Assembly (NCBI GenBank): GCA_026026165.1
Contig: JAPEUD010000052.1
Span: 1 to 64,000 of the forward strand
DNA from: Sarea resinae
Lineage: Eukaryota
Reading direction: 5' to 3'
DNA: 64,000 nucleotides
Shown: one piece after another, positions 26,247 to 37,591 of the stretch
Layout: each line of letters opens with the position of its first letter
Position numbering within the stretch: position 1 is the first letter of the stretch
Translations under genes and position numbers: made by a program
Notes under the pieces: model-generated
The model's input: the letters and a program-made list of their open reading frames with translations, nothing else
Database searches by the model: none
Told to the model about the DNA's origin: nothing

Positions 26247-27254
26247 TCAACGCCTCAAGCGTGGATCCCGACTGGCATCATAGCCCATCTGCCCCTCCAA
26301 CCCCTTTGGTTCCTCCTTCTTCTCACTCGCTTTCGACCCCGAACCCCTCCTCTCACCACCTTCACTCGTCCTTCGCCGCGAATCCCCGGAAAACAACAAA
26401 CTTGCCTCTGCCTCCCGCCCTGTCTCCTCATACAACTTCTTCAACGCTTTTTTGAAGTAATTCACCGACTCCGTCGCATGTCGATCGTAGTCCTCTAATT
26501 TCCTCACCGTCTCTTGCGCCAGGGCTAAGTACTTCTCTCCCAGGGGCGACGACTTTGACGTCAACGATAGTGGTAAAATCATACGATGGTCCGCGGCCGC
26601 CCAGGATGCGGCCGTGACGGTGGGTTTAGGAGTCTTAGAGTTCCATTCCGTGCCGAGCATGCGCACGGCGTCTTCATTCTCTGATCTGGTTATTCCAAAC
26701 GGCGGCACGTTGCTGCGCTCTCGCATCTCTTCTGCATTCTGCGTTTCGAGGATGTTCTGTTTCTGTATCTGCGCCAGTGCTAGAATATTGCGGCTGATTT
26801 TGCTACGTTAGAACAGGATGACAGATGAGAAAGGTCGGATTGACTAGAGGAATGGGAAACTTTGTTGGCGCCGCTGGTAGAGGGGAAGCGTTGGGGTAAA
26901 AGTCAATAATCCATGCCGAGAAGAGAGACCCCGTACCGTACATCCGCATGATGCCGTTCTAGATTCTGGATGATCGTCTTTAATTTCTCTTCGCGGTCTG
27001 CGCGGCCGGAAGCTGTGATTTCGACCCTGCAGGGGGACGTGAGCTAATTGCGTGCTCCCGGGTGAGGCCAATCGGCTGCATCATACGTAGGAAAAGGAAC
27101 GGCGACGGCGTGAGACATGAAGATCTGCCGTAAATTTAGTATCGGAATATCTCATTGGCGTTTGCTGTATCAGAAAGGGGTGTACGACTTTTGGATCATG
27201 GCTTTCCTGCTCGGCCGGAAATTGCATCTCGTAGTCCATGCTGTCGTCGGCCAT
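26247..27254 (-). CDS. Hypothetical protein (4 exons), C-terminal YDASRDPRLRR
   Basis: ATG at 27254. Three GT-AG introns with branch sites join MADDSMDYE...-IFMSHAVAVPFPT-VEITASG...HHADVR-RNILALAQ... in frame with ORF 26247-26726. No family recognised. Confidence 0.65.
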
Positions 27255-27795
27255 GTTCGCGCCAGTTTCGATTTGCTCAGTAGTCTCAGACTGAGAGGCT
27301 GGAGTAGAAAATGTGTATTTCAATCTCACATAATGATAACACAGCCGTAATTAAGATATGGCGATTATGGTGGCTGTTAATGGCTAAGAGTGGAATATCA
27401 TGCCAGGATCTGATAGCGAGGGGAAGCCGGGAAGGAACCGCGGAGAGAAAGTTTGCTTCCGATAGACAACATCTATATCCATCGGCGACCGGACGATGGC
27501 CCATGCGAAACCGCCAGGATGGAAGTAGCAATTACCTGTCAGGGTCTTCGTCAAAAACGACGATAACAATTGCTCTCATGTTGTCGCTATTTGTGAGACG
27601 ATTCATCGACTGTAGACTAAACATTATATTCAACAGAATTCTACCAAGTCTACGTAGATGCAGAAATCCGAGCAGATTTACAACTATTTGCTATGCTTAA
27701 CATTCTTCTCTAAGGCGCCGGTAGCCGGAGACACATAAGTGATATGTAAGTGCATAGCTGATATTAACAATACAGACCTCGACGAGTATTTCAAA

Positions 27796-29093
27796 TCACT
27801 TCCCATGTCGAGGTAGTCTGACACTGCCCAGTCGCAGACTTCTGGCTTTCTCTTTTCCAAGTTCCACAAGCAGCCTAATAGCGTCCAGCAACCCGATTTT
27901 ACGCCTCCTTGCCCACAGAAACAATATACCCAATATTACCACATCAATCGAGACATGCTTGACAGTGATCCAGAAAAGCCAAGTAACCCATCCCCACGTA
28001 GAACGCCGCGGTCTAACTCCAAACGCCCGCCGCGAATCCAATTGTTCCCTCAACGCCGCAACCTCTGCTGTCATCTTCACCAGCGTTTGCTCCACTCTCA
28101 GTCTCCACGTATGGCCTTTGGCATCTTTCCCAGCCTGGTGAGATATCCCCTCGCTGTTATAATCTCCCTCGCCGGGCTCGCCTTCGGATGGCTCATCTTC
28201 TACTTCTTCGTATCTTTGCCGCTCTTCCATGTATTCTCCTTCGCCCTGAGATATTGGACTGAGAACTTTCAAAGGCCCCTCTGTGTCCCTACCGTCGCCG
28301 CCGGAGAGTCTTGGATAAGAGTGCCTATTTCGCAACGGTATGCCAGTAGGCGAAGAAGAGGATGACGAAGATGGAGCGTTGGATTTGACCTGATCCCAGA
28401 CAAATTCAAGCTCGGAAACAAGCTCTCTAGCGTCTCTAAAATAACAAAAAGCATACATTAGCTATCCTGAAAGTTTCTCTCCAGAATGAGGGACAGTGGA
28501 CAACGGGCTGGCTGAAAGAGTACGGCGGCTCACGGTGTAGCAGAAGCGTATGTATGCATGGTATCAATCAGTGTAGATATATATCGACGCTTCGCCTCAG
28601 TCTTCGAGATGCCTTTTTGTTGATTCCATGCGTCCCTATGAAAGCAGTTCTAGTATCCTGTTCGATATGACTCGCGATTGTTCGACTCACCACTTCTCTC
28701 GTTCAGCGTGTACTTGATCTCCATCCCCTGTTGGCCTGTCCATGACACCTTCGACATCGCCTTCTGAATTGAGGAAGATGAATCAGACGATAGTACTCTA
28801 CGAAGTCCGCATTTCGATGCTTCGATTACACGTACCCATGCTCTGCTTATACAAGCCATAGAGCTTTAGACGGTCGGCTGGAGGAGGCCTCGCCGAGCCA
28901 GTCCGCGGGATCTTCTTCACTGTATGGAGTGCGTGCACAAAGACTCGATCTATATTCCATAATTGAAGCCTATCAGCAATGAATTGACTTTTCCTCGGAA
29001 TTACTCGGACATCTGTCCGGTTGTCCAGGCTGAAGCTGGAAGGGCGACACGACAGGTGCTTGAAAGACAGCACTTGCCTACTGAGTCCGACAT
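27796..29093 (-). CDS. Acyl-CoA-binding (ACBP) domain membrane protein, Atg37/ACBD5-like
   Basis: MSDSVDRVFVHAL...RLKLYGLYKQSMEGDV...EKWDAW...AKRRYI ACBP domain, coiled coil (KMTAEVAALREQL) and C-terminal TM. First intron is GC-AG (29077-28950). Confidence 0.88.
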
Positions 29094-29821
29094 GCTTCTC
29101 AAGGCTCTTCCTCGAGCTGTCTTTCATGCGATTCTGCACGCATCGAAGGTAGCGACGATCCCCTATCATGACCGCAAGAAATGATGAGTGCGGCATTGAC
29201 AGTTCTCATCGCCGAGGCATAATATTTAGGTGCTTGATGTCTCGGTTGGCTATTCCTATCGGGGGGAGGAAGCTACTTGGTTACATCTCCTACCCCACAA
29301 TCCACAATCCTCGATCTCGTCTTCTTCGGAGTTAGCTGGTAGCTGCGGTAACGTACGGAGTACCTAAGCAATAGTGAAGAAAACCGAGACTGCCCTGCTG
29401 AGTCTGAGACGCCAACGAACAGATCCAAGGTATGAGGGAAAACCCAACGAGGATATCCATACTATTGGATTCTCCCCAACGTCCGTACTGGAGATCTCAG
29501 CTTGTGCCATTTTACTTTGACGTCTGAAACAGCTACGGAAACACATTCAGGGGGCCCTAAAATAAGTGAGAAGGTAGATTGTGGATTCCAATTTAGTCCA
29601 GATCGTCCGAAACATTATGTCGTAAATGCTACTCAGAGAAAGAAACGAGAAACGAGAATATGTGGCTTCCTCTTGGCTATCAAACGCCAGTAAGAACAGC
29701 TCGATCGTCGCCTTCGTCGACCTCTCTCAAGAGGTTCCCACCGGCGATCGACATCGAGACCGACGGACGCGCAGAAATGAGTATGTAAAGATCGAAGAGA
29801 ATTGCACCATTGGCGGCTTGA

Positions 29822-30298
29822 TCATAATCGTATGAGCACATCCACGCATGGCACCCTCCATTCTCTTTTCCCCAACAAATTCCTGATCCATTCAAGTCCC
29901 ATACCCGTCCATTCCGACCTCGTCTCCAACTTCTTCTTCATCTGCCCGGCTGCTGCACTAGCTAGAGCAGTAGCAGTGCTGTTGACGGTTCTCACTAGAT
30001 ATGCAGCTGGTGCTAAGGTCGGACTCGATGTTGCCACACACTCAGCTGAACTATCTGATATAGGGTTTGGTAAGGGGTAGGATAGGTGGCGAGGCTCGAA
30101 CCAGTTGCTGTGGATGTCGAAGAAACACTGATCTGACCAGTAGCAGGATGATACGAATAGTATCAGGAGGAGGAGAGAGCAATAGACACAAGGCCTGTTC
30201 AAGAAGTAGGTCGAGATCAGGAAGATGAAGATAAAGGCCGGACTCGCATTCGTTGGAAGAAAGACGAGAAGAAGCAACCACGACCTTAAGCAGAACAT
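29822..30298 (-). CDS. BC10/BLCAP (bladder cancer-associated protein) family small membrane protein
   Basis: Starts MFCLRSWL; hydrophobic segments flank RPCVYC, matching the BLCAP MYCLQWL...KPCTIC pattern. Single exon. Confidence 0.75.
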   Translation of the reverse strand: MFCLRSWLLLLVFLPTNASPAFIFIFLISTYFLNRPCVYCSLLLLILFVSSCYWSDQCFFDIHSNWFEPRHLSYPLPNPISDSSAECVATSSPTLAPAAYLVRTVNSTATALASAAAGQMKKKLETRSEWTGMGLEWIRNLLGKREWRVPCVDVLIRL

Positions 30299-31233
30299 GC
30301 TGGCGGCGGGGAGCCTGCGGCTCACCCACTCAGCTTCGCCTGGATCGAGAGATGCTCAAGGGCTCTGAGACTATTCGACGTTATATCGGTACGAGCCAAG
30401 CTCAGCAGGCAGGAAAGCGACGTTCGAAAGCGACGACTGAGTGGACTTTGCGGCTTGCGGAGGAAATAGCTGCTCAGGGCTACATTCGTAGTCGTCCGGA
30501 TCTCTCCAAGGAAGGACGGAGCTGGATGTGCCCAGGAAGACAAGCCGTGCTTTTCAAAAAAGAACAAGCGGCGGGGTTGACGAGAGATTGAGGTGGGCGA
30601 GGTAAATACTAGGTAGGCAGGTACCGAAGTTGAACAGGAGGCATGAAGTAGCTGGAGAAGGTAGGTCGGTCGGTCGGTTGGTAGGTAGGTAGTGATATCC
30701 AAGGCTCATCGAGGTGTCGATGACCGGAATTCAAGGTTGCCCGCTGTCCATGACCTCCAGGGCTGGGAGGTTTGGAAGCACCCGATCACGTAAGCAAGCG
30801 GTGCCTCAGTCCCGTCGCCGTTCCTTCCTCTTTCATATAGGTCAGACTCGTTCTCCGTACCGCGTTCGCCTCGCTCTTGCCTCGGGCGGCGGCTTCCCAG
30901 CCAGTTTACGACACAACAATGCTACTTGGGCTTCCGTACCTCACACCTTCACCATCCATCATTCTCGTCATGAACTCGAGTCTTCACCACCTCACTCGTC
31001 ACCATCACAACACCACCTTGTTCTTCTTCTCTCCCACCCAGCCATCCTCGTTCTTCCCTCCTCTCTTCGCAATCGCGGTTTTTCGAGATTTCACAAAGTG
31101 CTTCCAATCAATAATTCCTGCTTCACGTGTGGTCTCATTCACCTCGGTTTCTCTTTCAGTTCGTTCGTCACCAAGCTTTCCATCGCGTATGGTGGAGCTG
31201 GCCCAGGTCTCCTGAGCCAGGTCTCCCGCCGCT

Positions 31234-34200
31234 ATGGCCGACTCGGGCAGCCTGGACCCGAGTGGCAACAGCTCACTCCAGGCTCTCTTTGCTCAATTGC
31301 GCGCCAATCAAGAAAACGGGACGCACCGTCAGGCTCATTCGCCTGCCTCAAGCCACAGTCAACAGTCCCTCCATTCTTCCTCCAGAGCGCCACAACCCTT
31401 GTTCCCGGGCTCACTGCAGCCGCATGGATATCACCAACCGACTGTATCCTCCGCGACTGCTTCGCCACAGCCCCACGGTTCACAGCCTCACAATTTGTCC
31501 ATCATGAGTCCCGTTGGCCCTTCGCCGGCTCCGAACACACCTTTGCCTCCGCCCGGACATGCGAATGTTGATCGTTCGGATCGGACCGCAAATCTACTGA
31601 ATCTTCTAAGGTTCCATAAGCCAGGTCCTTCACCCCCAGGCTCAGGGTCAACGAATGAGAATGGCCAGCGAGCCCGGGAAGATTCTCGCCGGCAGAATCA
31701 CGAAGCCCCACAAAAATCTTCTCCTCCAAATGGTCAGTTGCGCCAGCGAACTAACTCGACGTCCGACTTGATGGCATCTTTTGTTGGAAAATCATCGGCA
31801 CTGCCGGCCCAGAATACGATTGCTAGTTCGGCACCTCAAAATAGACCAGGGCCTTCAGGAATCAAGTCAGATTCGTCCGAGAATCCGCAGGAGTTCCTTT
31901 TGAGGCTCCTCAATCGGCCTAAACCGAAGTCAAATGACACGTCTCCTCGTCAAGAGTATAGTGACCTACACCAGACGCCTGAAAATCATCTGAAGGAAAA
32001 TCGGGCAGATGCCTCATCCAAGCGAGTCTCAACGGCCGCTTCCAACGGACGTGTTGGGACCGTATCCTCAAGGAGCACGTCTGTCGACTCAAATGGACTC
32101 GATAAGGAGACCCTTGAGCCAGCCCTTGCTCTATCCACGGCTGCTTCTAAACAGAATTCCATTTTCACTTATGTGAATCCATTTGACCAGCTTGCTGCGT
32201 CTTCACCCCGCAATCATACCCCTATAGCGACTGACCAAATTGCTGGGTCCGCGACTCTGAATATGGAGAGCGCTAACGTTGTTCGCGAACCGACCGCCGA
32301 TGCAGATGCCGTGCACAAGTCGGAGAGCAATGAAAGTTCAACTAATCCTCAGGAAATCATCACAACCGAGCAGATGGCTTCTAATGGGCACGGAGAGTCA
32401 TCCAATGTAGCTTCGTCTCCACTCACGCTTCCCGATGGCCGAAGCAAGTTGGAAGCGCTGATGGGCATTGGCGCGAACAACAAGCGGGGCCAAGAGACGG
32501 TCTCAGAGGCGTTGAACGAAGTAGGTGAGAAGGTTGACAGACAAGTTGAAGAAGCTCTAGCTCAAGCCGAGAGAGACCTTGACGAAGGCCCGAAGCCTGA
32601 ATCTGGAAGCTTGTATGAAATCGAAACAGCAAAAGATGGTCAGACTGAGGTAGAGGATCATATTCGCGACGCCGCTATTGATATCAAAGCTCAGCTCGAC
32701 AAGAGTGAGAATCAGGGTGCTTTGGAAGAGACTCTCCCTAAGCCTGCTGCCGAAGCGGTAGAGAAAATTATCGAGGAAACGGCAGGAGATGCTCTTGCAG
32801 ATAGCTGGGAGAATGCATCCGCAGCAAAGGACGACCATGTCTCGCATAATCACGTGTTCAACTTCCCGATGAAGCCCTTCGTTTCAATAACCATCGAGTC
32901 GGACAACGATTGTGTATCGGAGTTGCCACACAACTCTGTCATGGACATTGCTAGGCTTAAGAAGCCGTTTGATCAAGTAGATCGAACGCTTGTGACAGCG
33001 ACGAACAAATACATCGTCTATGCTATGTCCAAAAATGGTGGCTTTCGAATTATTAGGCAAGAAGACGGAAAAGACCGTCAGATTTTCCGTACCCCTCAAG
33101 ATCGCATATTCAACGTCGCCATCTCCACAGCACCCTCCGGGTCGTCATCCGCTGGTACCGAGACTGTACTTGGTACTGGAGTAAGTGGGTCCGTGTATTG
33201 GTCCACAATTTCAAAGCCATCTCAAGACTTGTTCGAGGAAGATGAAATAGAAAGTCAAGGGATAATATTCCCACCATCATCCTCCCAGGACGAGAATACC
33301 TCCGGCGGTCAGCTCAAGACCAGGGCTAAAAAGAGCTCTCGGCATCCCGAGGTGATCGCTATAGGACGCGGCAAATCAATTCATTTGATTTACCCTGAAG
33401 TTGCCTTTAGCAGCTACCGAGAAAACGCGAAATCCAAGATTGTTGATAGCGCGAAGTATCTGAGAGAGCGCAATCTCAAAATAGCCGCTGGAAAAGCTGG
33501 GAAAGACTTCACTTTCAGTGAAGATGATAGTCTCATCGCCACGCTAGACAAAGCTGGCCGGCTGAGATTTTGGGACATTCGCCCATTATTGGATACAGGT
33601 GCTGGAGCCTTGGCAGCAATTGAGCTATCTCCCGTCGAACTGAGAGAGCCGTTGATGACTCTGATAACCAGCCCGCCGTCTGAAAAATCCTGGCCAACGT
33701 CCGTGATGTTTGTCGACAAGCACCGTCCTTTCACGAAAGGTCTAGCACTTAGATATATGATCGTTGGGCTAAGGCAAAACCATACCCTCCAGCTTTGGGA
33801 TTTAGGACTAGGCAAAGTCGTCCAAGAGCTGAACTTCCCTCATGAAAGAGAGCAGGATGCTATTTGCAGTGTCTCATATCATCCCAGCTCAGGCATCATT
33901 GCTGTGGGCCATCCGACTCGTAACTCTATCTATCTCGTACACCTTTCTGCACCGAAGTACAACCTTCCTGCGATGAGTCAAGCACAGTATATTCAGCGCC
34001 TGGCGCAGAATCCGTCCAGTCTGGCAAACCCGGAGGCTACTGCCATTATGAGTGGGTTCAGGGAGCTGTCATTTGCCTCCAAGGGCGAATTACGGAGTGT
34101 GGACATGCTCTGTACTCCAAGCGTGCCATCCGGCAGTGCTGACCTTGAGAACCCAGTTTTGTTCGAGCTGTACACAGTACATTCGAAGGGTGTGACATGT

Positions 34201-36690
34201 CTTACTATCAAGAGAGCAGACCTGGGTTGGGGTAAAGACAATCGAGTGACGCATCCCGTGGATGCCGAGGCCAAGGGCTTCATTAGCATCAAAGAACTCG
34301 CGGAACTTCCACCTATGATACCGGGTGATTCACCCGCTGCCTTGACGGGGGAGCAGAAAGCAAATCCGGCCCAACGGGCTTCTTCCGCTATGCGAACGAC
34401 TCCCAAAGATATCGCTAAGAAAAACGCTTCTACAAGTAGCCGCTCAAAATCACCGCAGACTGTGGAAGCAACGCCGATGGCTTCTCCTCTTGCGAAGGTT
34501 GGCAGTCGGCAAGATGCAGCTCGTGCTGTCGTATTGAATGGCGCAGGAACGCATGGATTAAACAAATTTGATAAGAAAAAGAAGAAGCACCATGCGGAAA
34601 GGGAGATCTCCAAAGCTACGTCCAATGAGTCTAATGGCTCGGGTAATATCGGTACTCCGCCATTTTCATATGCTCATGCGGCACAGCGCGCAAATCCACC
34701 TCAGAGTGAATACCAGAAGCCAAGTGAACCATCCGGTCGCCAGCCGTCAGAGAAATCTGGCTCTGCGGCTTCTCTAGAAACGGGCTATCCAAAGTCCAAT
34801 GTTACCGAGCAGTCCCAAAGTGCTAATCAAGAGAACCCTCCTACCACATCTGGATCTGTGGACGCGGAAACGTATAATTGGGAAGATGCTATCTCGAAGG
34901 AGGTGATTCGACTCATGGAGTCTCTTAAACGGGATATGGATCTTCCGAAAGTTGAAGATGCCGTTGGCAAGGAAGTGACCAGAGTTATCGGGCGTGAGCT
35001 CGACTCGCTTTACCGTCGCTTCGATGATGACAGACGAGCACAAGATGCAGCGGGAGCCGCGAGACATGAAGCTGTCCTTCGTCTAGTGTCTAGCACTCTC
35101 TCTGAAAATGTGGAGCGAAATCTAGCCCGGATGATCCAGGCCAATATTCAAGACGTCGTTATTCCTTCCCTCCACGGGCCGTTACTGTCGACGCTCGATT
35201 CTTTCTCAAGAATTCCTGACCTACTTTCAAGCCAAGTATCATTCACACTACCGCAGGAACTTGATCGGGCATTGCAGCGCCAAACTGTGCAAGATATGAT
35301 TGGCGAGAAGATTGTGGCTCGAGTGGAAAGCGAGATCTCTAAGCTTCTCCAAGACAGCATCTCTCCAGCATTCAAAAATCTCACTTTCAATGCTGCGCAA
35401 AAATTCAGTGGGGAAGTCAATCGCCGCGTCGCCGAGCAAGTTGACCGCCGCGTCGCTGAGCAAGTAAACCGCTTTGCTGAGCAAGTCGATCGTCACGTTT
35501 CTGAGCAGTTTCGTCAAATCGATAGCCGCTTTGGTCAGCAGCTGCGCGAAGCTGAAGTGCAACGCTTCGATGCGAGTAACAAGATCGACCAGTTGACTGA
35601 TCTCGTCCAGTCGTTGTCAGGAACCGTACAATCACTATCGGGGAATGTCCAATCACTATCCGGGACCGTTCAGCAGTCACTCTTAGACAATGCCCAAACC
35701 GTTCAGCAGTCTCTCTCAGACAATGCCCAAACCGTTCAGCAGTCTCTCTCAGAGAATGGTCAAACCATGCAGCAGTCTCTCTCAGAAAATGGTCAAGCCG
35801 TTCAGCAGTCACTCTCAGAAACTGGTCAAACCGTCCAGCAGTCACTCTCGGAATATGGCCAAACGGTTCAGCAGTCACTCTCAGAAAACGCTCAGAGTTT
35901 CAAGCAGTCGCTCTCCAAAAACACTCAAACCTTTAAGCAGCTACTCTCAGAAAATGCTCAAATCGTCCGGCAATCTCTCTTAGAGAATGCTCAAAACATT
36001 GCAGCTTCTCAATCCGATCTGCAAAACCAATTGACCAAGCTGCAGGAGCAGGTGGCTGGAATGTCTCTTAGTGACCGAATTCGGGGACACTCCAGACAAC
36101 GCAGCCAGCACGCCCCGGAACAAATCGAAGCGCCTTTGACTATGAAAACTCCTGAAGATCAAGAAATAGATGACATCGCTGCTCTCTTGAACGCAGGGAA
36201 GTACGAAGAGTCTACGATCTGGGTAAGATCATTATCCTCGTCTCGAAGCGTAGACCTGACTGACAATGCAAAGTGGCTTCAATCCCCTCATCAGGACGAG
36301 ATTTTTAACCGTTTGTTTGTCCGATGCAATCCTGCATATCTCCGAATTGTATCTAGTTTAGTTTCACTCTCTGTTTCGGCAGCGGTCACTTCTACCCTAG
36401 AGAGTCACCTTACAGAGCGCCTAAATTGGTTGGAGACGATTCTTGACGCATTGGATCCATCGGTTTGTACTTCCTTAATCTCATCCACTAATGTAGGACT
36501 CTGCTGACTAGAGCTCTAGGACCCGGAAATACACGAAGTGGCGCCGCAAATAATGGATATCATTAGCCAGCGGCTCGAAGGACTGTATATGCGTATCGCG
36601 GAAACCAATCCGCATGATCCCGTGCTGCGAAAGATTCCGCCCCTCACGAGGCGCGCAAGGGAATTGAAGTCGAAATCTGCGCCGAGATAG
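31234..36690 (+). CDS. EDC4/Ge-1/Pdc1-like decapping scaffold (low-complexity N-terminus, WD40-like propeller, coiled-coil C-terminus)
   Basis: 1757-aa ORF plus two 3' introns (36223-36272, ~36463-36519). Motifs FTYVNPF, MDIARLKKPFDQ, GGQLKTRAKKSSRHP and GKAGKDFTFS; ends ...ELKSKSAPR, TAG 36688-36690. Confidence 0.78.
35665..35994 (+). repeat. Coding tandem repeat, 33 nt x 10 (11-aa TVQQSLSENGQ-like units)
   Basis: Ten consecutive units visible in DNA and protein, preceded by 7-aa VQSLSGT repeats (35605-35667). Confidence 0.95.
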
Positions 36691-37591
36691 GTGCTGATAT
36701 CTCACTCTGCGGCGTCAGGATATCGGGCGTCTCCATATCACTTTAACATTCAGAAGGGGCGAACACACTTGTGTTTTCGGCGATGTCATTCGTTTTCTGA
36801 TTCTTGTTTATATCCCGTAGGTGCTCCTGGTTGGCGGCGGCGTGTATTCTTAGAGTCTGAAAATCAAGTCCTTCTTTCATGCGTTCTCCCGTGATACCCA
36901 CCAAGGCTGGGCGTCTTAGTAAAGATGAGATTTTTCACGAATGCTTCACTCAAACAACATGGTAGAATGCAAACTCTCGTAGTTTTCCGTGTGTTCCGAA
37001 AGATGATCTGACATGGATCCGTGGGATCTGAATCTCTTTGGATTACCCGGCAGGAGCAAGTATAGTGTAGGTAAATAAGCACCTGCACTCCCATTGAGCT
37101 TGAAGCTGCATATATATATGGATGTCCACCTAGAACCCCAGCCGTACATCGCGTACTTTGCATTCAGTCGTACTTTCTAGGCTACTATTGAAGAATCGAG
37201 AAGCAGCTCTGACATGATTTTGGGGGGTATCAGCAGCAGGCGTGTCATTGCAGCCGCAGCATCACCGCCCTTCTCCAAACGGACGACGTGGGAGCTCGGG
37301 AAGTCAACGCACTTTCTGCGCTTTGCATCGGCTTATCTAGCAGTCCCGGAGATCTCCCCACCCCCACCGTCACCATTATTGCTCGCCTCCTCCCACCGTC
37401 AAGGCAACAGCAATACCAAGAATAACCTCATTCGACGCTTGACTACTGAGAAGCCAAACAATAACGTACGAAACCAGTCCGGCCCATCAAATCCGAACCA
37501 GGCAATTGGATTGCAATTGACAAACAGCTCGACCGGCTTCCATACTGGTCAACGACCTCATTCAGTCTTGCCTTCTGCAGCTCTCCCCACA

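Noticed and set aside
30714..31571. 285-aa ORF overlapping the start of the EDC4-like gene
   Set aside because: Non-ATG start, alternative frame over a pyrimidine-rich 5' UTR and low-complexity CDS, no recognisable domain.
35665..35994. 33-nt repeats as a CRISPR-like array
   Set aside because: No spacers, in-frame coding repeat, eukaryotic context.
36505..36519. TGA-CTA readthrough-type context at the end of the 1757-aa ORF
   Set aside because: It is the branch site (GCTGAC) of the last intron; the spliced CDS continues to 36690, and readthrough would not give a PTS1.
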